NCBI RefSeq assembly: GCF_049243625.1
Contig: NZ_CP046975.1
DNA: 32,000 nucleotides
From: Corynebacterium amycolatum
GTDB lineage: Bacteria > Actinomycetota > Actinomycetes > Mycobacteriales > Mycobacteriaceae
Strand: one strand, 5' to 3'
The notes beneath the pieces are model-generated. The model saw only the letters and a list, made by a program, of their open reading frames with translations. It had not been told where the DNA came from and made no database searches. The translations under genes were made by a program, and so were the position numbers. Position 1 is the first letter of the stretch. The number at the start of each line of letters is the position of its first letter. Shown here in pieces: positions 17,134 through 23,810 of this stretch.

Positions 17134-17840
17134 CGCATGTTGAACGTGTAGGCGTCAGAGTTGTTGTCACCAATCACGCCGTAGAAGATGTACGACCCGG
17201 AGGGAACTGGGACCCGGTCTTCTTCGGAGCACTTGTTCGGCGCCGAGGTCAGACGCGACCAGGTGGCGGCATAGTTGACTTCCTCGCCCGGTGCCAATAC
17301 CAGTTCACCGTGGCCTTCGGAGTCATTGCAATCCACATCCGACCAGACTCGCTCATACGTTGCCAGGTCGTACACCTCGAAGCGCAACTGCTGCTCATCA
17401 AGGTTCACGCGGCATTCACCGCCGGTGGGATTGTGGACGGTAATCGCCAGAGTCGGCTGCTCATCGCCGTAGTTCGGCTGATCCGAGGTGGCCGTCACCT
17501 GCAGATCTGCAAGGGTACAGTCCTTTTTGCTCGCAAGCGCCGCCTGAGCGTCATCCTTCGCGGAGTCTTCGCCTTCCTTGTCGCCCTTCTTGGCGTCCTT
17601 GTCAGACTTGTCGTTCTCCGAGTCCTTGTCAGACTTAGGCGCGTAAGGTTCCTTGGGCTGTTCCGGAGGAGTCACCTCTTTCCCGTCATCCCTGGTGACA
17701 TTCACCGGTTCAGAATCCTCGCTGTCCCGGTTTACCAGTGCGGAAATACCCCAGCCCAGGAGAACGAGGATGATAACGAGCAACACCGCCGCGGCGATAC
17801 GCCGACGCCGGTAGATTTCTGGAGGCAGCTTATTGGTCAC
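17130..17840 (-). CDS. DUF4232-type membrane-anchored protein (Rv3587c-like)
   Basis: N-terminal TM segment (RRRRIAAAVLLVIILVLLGWGI), an acidic/Lys-rich linker, then CTLADLQVTATSD...LAITVHNPTGGECRVNL (DUF4232 pattern). GTG start 4 nt after the carbonic anhydrase stop. Confidence 0.7.
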   Translation of the reverse strand: MTNKLPPEIYRRRRIAAAVLLVIILVLLGWGISALVNRDSEDSEPVNVTRDDGKEVTPPEQPKEPYAPKSDKDSENDKSDKDAKKGDKEGEDSAKDDAQAALASKKDCTLADLQVTATSDQPNYGDEQPTLAITVHNPTGGECRVNLDEQQLRFEVYDLATYERVWSDVDCNDSEGHGELVLAPGEEVNYAATWSRLTSAPNKCSEEDRVPVPSGSYIFYGVIGDNNSDAYTFNMR

Positions 17841-17844
17841 ACAT

Positions 17845-18477
17845 TTAGGTTAGCGGGTTCTCGCTGACTCCATGGGTAACGACGGTCTCAGCGCGTCCGT
17901 CCTCCAAGCGGTACCGCATACCGACAACGCCTACCTCGCCGGTCTCCAGTCGCGACGAAATCTCCGGAGAGCGATCAATAATGTGATTAACAATCTCGCG
18001 CACGTGGCGACGCTCAAATTCGTCGATTTCAGTCTCGCCATCCTTGCGAGCCGCCAGCAGCGACGGGGTGACCTTTTCAATCAGCACACGCTGGAAACCA
18101 CCCGGCAGTTCGCCACCATCCAGTGCATTCTTCGCCGCAGCCACAGCGCCGCAGGACTCGTGACCGAGAACAATCACCAGCGGAACTCCAAGACCATCAA
18201 CTGCGAATTCCAGCGAAGCCAGCACCGACAGGTCAGTAATCTCACCGGCAGTACGGATTACAAATACATCGCCCAAGCCCTGATCGAAAATAATCTCCAC
18301 CGGAGCGCGGGAATCCGAGCAAGCCAGCACAACGGCCTTCGGCTTCTGCCCCTGCGTCAGCTGCTTACGACGAACCAAGTCCTGGCGAGGATGCGCAGTC
18401 TTGCTCTCGCAGAAGCGGAGGTTTCCGCGCACCATCGATTGCCATACACTCTCAGGAGTCCTCTCAGAATTGCTCAT
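17845..18477 (-). CDS. Beta-class carbonic anhydrase
   Basis: CSDSR and HESCGAV zinc-ligand motifs. The track start is TTG 18492, but ATG 18477 (MSNSERTPE) is preferred. Confidence 0.9.
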   Translation of the reverse strand: MSNSERTPESVWQSMVRGNLRFCESKTAHPRQDLVRRKQLTQGQKPKAVVLACSDSRAPVEIIFDQGLGDVFVIRTAGEITDLSVLASLEFAVDGLGVPLVIVLGHESCGAVAAAKNALDGGELPGGFQRVLIEKVTPSLLAARKDGETEIDEFERRHVREIVNHIIDRSPEISSRLETGEVGVVGMRYRLEDGRAETVVTHGVSENPLT

Positions 18478-18506
18478 AGCTATATTGTGCAACGACTCTG
18501 CTGTTT

Positions 18507-19439
18507 ATGGGAAAGCGAGAATGTAGATTGACCTCTGCAATTAACCAATCCGACGACTTCGACGAACACGTCGATGCCGCCTTACGTGATTGGTATCGCA
18601 CCAACATGCGGCCACTTCCCTGGCGCGAAGAAGGCACTTCACCATGGGCTGTGCTCGTCAGCGAAGTGATGAGTCAACAGACTCCCGTCGCCCGCGTCAT
18701 CCCCTCCTGGCGCGCCTGGCTGGAAAAATGGCCCACCCCAGCCGATTTGGCAGTCGCGCCCAAGGATGAAGTCCTACGTATGTGGGGAAAACTCGGCTAC
18801 CCCCGACGTGCACTCCGGCTGCGTGAATGCGCAGAAAAGATCGTCGAAAAGCACGACGGCGAAGTACCAAGCGACGTGAACACACTGTTAGCCCTTCCGG
18901 GGGTAGGAGACTACACCGCTCGGGCAGTAGCGGCGTTTGCCTTTGGCGTGCGTACGCCGGTGGTGGACATCAACGTGCGCCGCGTACTCCGGCGACACCG
19001 TCAGGGCACGTACCTACCCGGCATCGCCAAACGCGCCGACATGACGCTCGTCGAAGAGTTCCTACCACTCGACCCCACGACTGCGGCCGAGACTTCCGTC
19101 GCACTCATGGAACTCGGCGCTACCGTCTGTCGAACGACACCCGAGTGCGAGGTCTGCCCCATCGCCACCAGTTGCGCATGGATTGCCGCCGGTCGCCCCG
19201 AACCCGAAGACCACGAAATCGCCGCTGCTAAACGGCGTGTGCAGAAGTTCGAAGGCACCGACCGTCAAGTCCGGGGCTTGCTTCTCGACGTGCTCCGCGC
19301 CGCCGACTCCCCCGTCGAACAGGCCACTCTGGATGCGGTCTGGGATGATGCGCATCAGCGTTCCCGCGCACTGTTTTCCCTGCTTGACGACGGACTTGCG
19401 GAGCAAACCTCCGATGGCCGCTTCCAGTTGCCCCGTTAA
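18507..19439 (+). CDS. mutY: A/G-specific adenine DNA glycosylase MutY
   Basis: HhH-GPD motif LPGVGDYTARAV, Fe-S cluster loop CRTTPECEVCPIATSC and a NUDIX-like C-terminal domain. Confidence 0.88.
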   Translation: MGKRECRLTSAINQSDDFDEHVDAALRDWYRTNMRPLPWREEGTSPWAVLVSEVMSQQTPVARVIPSWRAWLEKWPTPADLAVAPKDEVLRMWGKLGYPRRALRLRECAEKIVEKHDGEVPSDVNTLLALPGVGDYTARAVAAFAFGVRTPVVDINVRRVLRRHRQGTYLPGIAKRADMTLVEEFLPLDPTTAAETSVALMELGATVCRTTPECEVCPIATSCAWIAAGRPEPEDHEIAAAKRRVQKFEGTDRQVRGLLLDVLRAADSPVEQATLDAVWDDAHQRSRALFSLLDDGLAEQTSDGRFQLPR

Positions 19440-19501
19440 AGCCGAGGCAATGCTCCGGTAAAGACCAGATTCGAACAAGTGCGTTGCCTAGAATTAGACA
19501 C

Positions 19502-20764
19502 ATGAATGCCACGCCCCATCGACCTCAGCGCCAGCGCTGTCTCTTTGGGGCTAGTAAGCGCAGAATTGCGCTGAGCACAGTGCTTGGAGTTGCTCTTCTG
19601 GGCTCTAGCGTGGGAACGCTCGGTGGTTGCTCGGCGGTGGATGGTCTAGGAGCGACTGGCTTCGGTTCTTCGGATTCTGACTCTTCTACGGTGAAGCGAT
19701 TGCCTCCGGGGCAGGTAATTACGAAGACGCCATTTCCGGTCAATACGCCCGCACGCGCACAGCGGGTCGTGTTTTCCTCCACAGGTGCACGCGACCACCG
19801 CCAGACAGCCGTGTCCGGCACGATTTTGCAGCCCTACGCCCGATGGTCAGAGAAATCCCCGCGCCCACTGGCAGTAATTGCACCTGGAACTCTCGGCATG
19901 GCTGATAACTGTGCCAGTTCGGTCGCCCTGCGTTACGAAGCGCCTCCGACGCCTCCGGCACCTCAGCTGCTGGCACAGGGATGGAATGTTGCCATTGTGG
20001 ACTACCAGGGGCTCGGCACGCCTGGGGTACATCCGTATCTCAACCGTGAGATTGCCGGGAATAACACGCTCGATATGGCGCGAGCGGCTATTGAGACTTT
20101 ACAACTACCTGCAGATACTCCCATTGCGCTGTTCGGCTACTCACAGGGCGGAGGCGCCACCGCTGCAGCCGCCGAGCTAGCCGATGCGTACGCCTCGGAG
20201 CTGAACATCCGCGCTGTTTACGCCGGGGCTATTCCGGCCGATCTCACCGACACTGCACTGCATATTCGCGGCTCGGCGCTGGCGGGGCTCGTCGGTTACT
20301 TCATGAACGGCTTGATTGCAGAGTACCCAGAGACAAAAGAACCGATCGAGCGCATGCTGAGCCCGCTGGGGCAGGATTTCCTGAAGCTCACGGCCGATGA
20401 ATGCATTGGCGCCACTGTCGAACGTTGGCCCCGCAATGACACCAAGGCATTCACGGCCAACGACTTAGGAATAGCGGAAAATCTGCGCTCGCCGGAGCTC
20501 TCCCCCGTCGTTCGGCGCCACGTGGAAGAACAAGCTCTGGGGACAAAGACTCCCAGTATGCCCGTATTCGTTACCCATAACGCATTGGATGATGTGCTAC
20601 CCGTGACGTCGGCACGCGAACTTGTGCAGAAATGGCAAAAGGCCGGCTCCGACATCACCTACGTGGAGGTCGATACTGACCTCGGTGATGGGACGCACGG
20701 CCTTGCCTACGTGCTCACCCACGAAGAGATGCTTGCGTGGGTGAATCAGAAAATGGGGTACTAG
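19502..20764 (+). CDS. Secreted lipase-family lipoprotein (LIP / alpha-beta hydrolase)
   Basis: Signal peptide plus lipobox (GTLGGCSA) and nucleophile elbow GYSQGG. Length and pattern are consistent with the secretory lipase family. ATG 19502 is preferred over the track TTG 19484. Confidence 0.75.
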   Translation: MNATPHRPQRQRCLFGASKRRIALSTVLGVALLGSSVGTLGGCSAVDGLGATGFGSSDSDSSTVKRLPPGQVITKTPFPVNTPARAQRVVFSSTGARDHRQTAVSGTILQPYARWSEKSPRPLAVIAPGTLGMADNCASSVALRYEAPPTPPAPQLLAQGWNVAIVDYQGLGTPGVHPYLNREIAGNNTLDMARAAIETLQLPADTPIALFGYSQGGGATAAAAELADAYASELNIRAVYAGAIPADLTDTALHIRGSALAGLVGYFMNGLIAEYPETKEPIERMLSPLGQDFLKLTADECIGATVERWPRNDTKAFTANDLGIAENLRSPELSPVVRRHVEEQALGTKTPSMPVFVTHNALDDVLPVTSARELVQKWQKAGSDITYVEVDTDLGDGTHGLAYVLTHEEMLAWVNQKMGY

Positions 20765-20788
20765 CGGCGACAACCGCCGCTTTCCTCC
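20763..20788 (+). terminator. Hairpin overlapping the lipase stop codon, between convergent genes
   Basis: agcggcg-acaac-cgccgct followed by ttcctcc. Confidence 0.4.
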
Positions 20789-20803
20789 ATCTAGCAAGTA
20801 CAG

Positions 20804-20980
20804 CTACTTTTTCTTCCAGCGACCACGGAAGGTCAAGCCCTTGCCCAGTCGGACGGTGTAACCGCCACGGCTGTTAATGGTCACCGGACCGATACGCTTC
20901 GAACCAGAGACTCCCGAACCCGAGTAGTTCAGCCACGTGTCCTTGTCCAGGTTCTGCTTCTTGCGAAATTGGATCCCCAT
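20804..20980 (-). CDS. DUF4236-like small basic protein (58 aa); below the ORF-track length cut-off
   Basis: Hand translation gives MGIQFRKKQNLDKDTWLNYSGSGVSGSKRIGPVTINSRGGYTVRLGKGLTFRGRWKKK*. The pattern (MGf.FRK...l..lN.SksGvS.S.....v..n.r.G...t..l.G.Gltyr) matches my recollection of DUF4236. Confidence 0.6.
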   Translation of the reverse strand: MGIQFRKKQNLDKDTWLNYSGSGVSGSKRIGPVTINSRGGYTVRLGKGLTFRGRWKKK

Positions 20981-21240
20981 TTAGTTCTCTCCCTCGGAGT
21001 TATCAGATTCGGTCTCTGCCTCGGCAGTGGCCTGATCGACAGTAGCTTTGATGTCGCCAGATCCAAACGCTCAGGATACCGTCAGCACTGCCGAGAACGC
21101 CCGTCATCTTCCTCAGAATCGGCCAAGGCACCGCCCATCGGCATCAACGTTACCGACCTTGCCCCATATTGGTGAAGGTAACTTCGCCTTGCAGATGCCC
21201 CTTGAACTCGCCGTTCCTGCGCCATAGATGCCTCAATCCG
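20981..21240 (-). pseudogene. Decayed fragment of a clpC 3' end (relic of roughly the last 85 codons)
   Basis: Positions 21083-21212 align by eye to 23960-24087 of the live clpC. About four fifths of positions are identical, with 4 single-base indels. The longest exact runs are tcggcatcaacgtt, ctgccgagaacg and aacttcgccttg. The frame is broken by a TGA. The distal part still reads as an acidic tail, AFGSGDIKATVDQATAEAETESDNSEGEN*. Confidence 0.7.
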
Positions 21241-21314
21241 TTATTTGTGACCGATTCTAATGAGCTCATGAAACCGGCCGCTGCCACGGCATCCCGAACA
21301 ATGACGACAGCTAG

Positions 21315-22148
21315 TTAGTGCAGACCGTCTAAGGATGAGAATGGTTCCTCGGCCACGATGTCATGCAAGGGCACGCGAACCCAAGGTGAATCACTGTGTG
21401 CGAGCAACTCGGTGAGCCGTTGCGATTGGTCTTTCATCGCAGCGGCAACGTCGGGCTCACCATCACTCGCCCAGATCATTCGTCCCCACCAGAAGCTTGC
21501 GGCTACGTCAGCCCACGACACGAAGTAGCGCTGCAACGCCGCCACGGCCTTATCGGAAATCTGAAGGAACTCTTCTGGAGAGATCCATCCCAGCTCCGTT
21601 GCCGCACCACCAACGCTGTGAATTCGGATTATGTCCCATGCGCGAGTAGTGGCGGGCAATGCCGGGGCTGCTGCTTTGGCAAAGTTTTCGGAGCGCAACA
21701 TCCGTACGAGGTAGCGGAACTTATGTTCTGCACCACGCGGATCCACGCCTTGGACAACAAAGAAGTCTTTCAGAAACTCGATCCGCTCCTCCATCTCTGC
21801 CTCGAGCTCGTTCTCAGAGATGTCCTTCACTGCATATGCGAGCGGTAAAAGCAGGTCATTTTCCACATGCTGGTTGCCCTCAAGCAGGGCATCAATAACC
21901 TGATGCGCTTCCTGGGCACCGGTGACCCCCCAGTTTTGCTCGAGAGATGCTTTGTAGTACTTGACCGCCCTTGCGTTGATGTTCTCAACCCCTAGCGGGG
22001 TCGCAAACGCCTTATTGTGCTTGTACGTCATTCCCCACGAGTGGCGGCGCACTTCATCTTTGCTCGGCGCCGGTTCCGGCCACGGGAACTTGGCAAACCT
22101 GTAAAGCGAAGAATCATCAAACTTTGCTGGGGTGAATGTAGGGCTCAT
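21315..22148 (-). CDS. DUF1266 domain-containing protein
   Basis: RAWDIIRIHSVGGAATELGWISPEEFLQISDKAVAALQRYFVSWADVAASFWWGRMIW fits the DUF1266 signature (AWDl.R......g...GYi.e.E.w.......a...F.SW.e.....l.Gr.fW) as I remember it. Confidence 0.7.
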   Translation of the reverse strand: MSPTFTPAKFDDSSLYRFAKFPWPEPAPSKDEVRRHSWGMTYKHNKAFATPLGVENINARAVKYYKASLEQNWGVTGAQEAHQVIDALLEGNQHVENDLLLPLAYAVKDISENELEAEMEERIEFLKDFFVVQGVDPRGAEHKFRYLVRMLRSENFAKAAAPALPATTRAWDIIRIHSVGGAATELGWISPEEFLQISDKAVAALQRYFVSWADVAASFWWGRMIWASDGEPDVAAAMKDQSQRLTELLAHSDSPWVRVPLHDIVAEEPFSSLDGLH

Positions 22149-22278
22149 ATCCTCACAAAGTACCGAGGTTTCGGGGTTGAGTCAGTGTTACTTCACGCAC
22201 CACCCCACACCTGGGGTGAGTTATGTCATAGTACTGAACGTCAGGCGCGGTTTTTATTGTGTTGCTAGTCTCGTGTGC

Positions 22279-22839
22279 ATGACAGGATCCCAGATTGCAT
22301 TGACCGACCGGCCAGATCTCGGTGCCGCACTTGAACGTGCCGGTAATTCCGGGATTGTGCGCACTGCCGCCGTCGCTGTTGTAGAAGGTCTTGGTGTCGA
22401 CGAGATTGTGCTCGAGGCCGCCGCTACAAAAACCAGTGGAGTCGATGGCGCAGCGTTCGTCACCAACCGAAGAATTCTCGTGACCGCCAACAAGAAAGAT
22501 CCGTCTCAATTCGAGTTCCTTGAACTCGACAACCTCGCCAATGTAATCGTTCTGCCTTACAAGGGTGGCTGGGCCGTCGTGGCCCAGCTCTACAACACAT
22601 ATAAAGTGTGGAGCGGTTTCACAGAAAAAGCTGCGAAACGTGTGCAATTTGCTGCCCAGTGGGCCCTGACCGCAGGCCGAGAGGCACGAACGGAGGCCTC
22701 GCGTGCAGTGTCGTCGACGGAGCTTTTTGAGCGATGGAAAGAAAACAAGCACCGTCTCAATCGCAATAGTTTGGAAGAGCTTGCAGGGGCGATGCGCTCC
22801 CTGTATTCCGACATTGATTCACGGTGGTGGACTGAATAA
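22279..22839 (+). CDS. Hypothetical protein (186 aa), family not recognised
   Basis: Track ORF 22132..22839. The first in-frame ATG that does not overlap the divergent DUF1266 gene is 22279 (MTGSQIALTDRPDLG...). TAATG coupling to the next gene supports that it is coding. Confidence 0.55.
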   Translation: MTGSQIALTDRPDLGAALERAGNSGIVRTAAVAVVEGLGVDEIVLEAAATKTSGVDGAAFVTNRRILVTANKKDPSQFEFLELDNLANVIVLPYKGGWAVVAQLYNTYKVWSGFTEKAAKRVQFAAQWALTAGREARTEASRAVSSTELFERWKENKHRLNRNSLEELAGAMRSLYSDIDSRWWTE

Positions 22840-23684
22840 TGATTCGACTTGCATACCCGGGTTCGCCCGACCGCTTTAATGGGGCAGAAGACACATCACA
22901 CATCGAGCAAAACCTGGCTATTGCGGAAAATGGCTATCGCCATTACATCAAGCATGGCTCATTACTAGAAACTGGAGCATCTCCGGCAAATACGACTGCT
23001 ACCTCCAGGTCAAACTCCAGCGCGGGCACGACAGGTGCTCAGACCAGCGGCGCATCGAAAGGTCTCAGTGTAAAGAAGCAGCTATTACTCCTCCCCTTAG
23101 TGATAGCGGGCATCGTGGTGCTAGCGATTGCCTACGTTGCAGCTAAAGACGCGCTCTTTAGTGACAAGTCAGACGAGTCCGCTGCTCCCGCACAGTCCGC
23201 CGCTGAAGCACCTGCCAATCCCGGCGCTTCCAACGGTGGAGCTACCGGTGCCACTGGTGGGGATACCGCTGGCGGCCTCACCCCTGCCGACCACGCACCC
23301 GAACCGATTGCTAGTTTCGTGCGGGCCTGCACAGACTATGAAGTGGTGTTTAGCTACTATGGTGCGGATAGTGCCCCCGCCCCACAGGCAATGGGTACCA
23401 ACTGTTCCGTGGATACTACGAAGGCACCCGACGTTGGTTACGTAGTCTTCACCGATGACCCTGCCGCCACCGCCGCCGTTCGTGACGGCAAGCCCGTCTT
23501 GGATGCCGTTGAGATTCCGGCAGAATCAACGCGCGGTTCCACATTCAAGGCGCAGCGAGTGGAGTCCCTCATCACAGTTGCGGAAATCCTCCCAGAGGAC
23601 CAGGGAATCGTTGAGTACATGATCAAAAATGATGACCCTGAAGTAGCAAAGAAAGCATTGGTCGACCTCGGCGTGGCCAAGTAG
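22839..23684 (+). CDS. Single-pass membrane protein with a low-complexity linker and a C-terminal 2-Cys extracytoplasmic domain, unknown family
   Basis: The start overlaps the upstream stop (TAATG). TM helix LLLLPLVIAGIVVLAIAYVAA, then an Ala/Gly/Pro-rich linker, then a roughly 120-aa domain (FVRACTDYEVVF...GTNCSVD...). Confidence 0.6.
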   Translation: MIRLAYPGSPDRFNGAEDTSHIEQNLAIAENGYRHYIKHGSLLETGASPANTTATSRSNSSAGTTGAQTSGASKGLSVKKQLLLLPLVIAGIVVLAIAYVAAKDALFSDKSDESAAPAQSAAEAPANPGASNGGATGATGGDTAGGLTPADHAPEPIASFVRACTDYEVVFSYYGADSAPAPQAMGTNCSVDTTKAPDVGYVVFTDDPAATAAVRDGKPVLDAVEIPAESTRGSTFKAQRVESLITVAEILPEDQGIVEYMIKNDDPEVAKKALVDLGVAK

Positions 23685-23729
23685 AACTACAACTCTCCGC
23701 GCTTTTAGGAAAGACCGCATATAGACACA

Positions 23730-23779
23730 CTGCCGCCCCAGTTCCTCCTCCCATAATGGAGTCGGAACTGGGGCGGCAG
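23730..23779. terminator. Bidirectional terminator hairpin between convergent genes
   Basis: A perfect 16-bp stem ctgccgccccagttcc (23730-23745) / ggaactggggcggcag (23764-23779). It is flanked by moderately T-rich sequence on both strands. Confidence 0.55.
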
Positions 23780-23810
23780 TGTTCGTTGGTACTGCTAGCG
23801 GCTAAACCTC

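Noticed and set aside
17310-18531. 185-aa and 219-aa plus-strand ORFs
   Set aside because: They are antisense to the DUF4232 gene and the beta-carbonic anhydrase gene (CSDSR and HESCGAV motifs). They are shadow ORFs.
20969-21175. 68-aa plus-strand ORF
   Set aside because: It lies on the strand opposite the clpC relic and overlaps the DUF4236 start. The similarity to clpC on the minus strand explains this sequence better.
22132-22278. N-terminal 49 codons of track ORF 22132-22839
   Set aside because: This part overlaps the start of the divergent DUF1266 gene and the shared promoter region. The first ATG at 22279 gives a cleaner gene.
20765-23810. Searched the insert and its flanks for an integrase, transposase, terminal inverted repeats or exact att-like direct repeats
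   Set aside because: None was found. The only repeat is the diverged clpC homology itself, with a longest exact run of 14 bp, so no mobile element is annotated.
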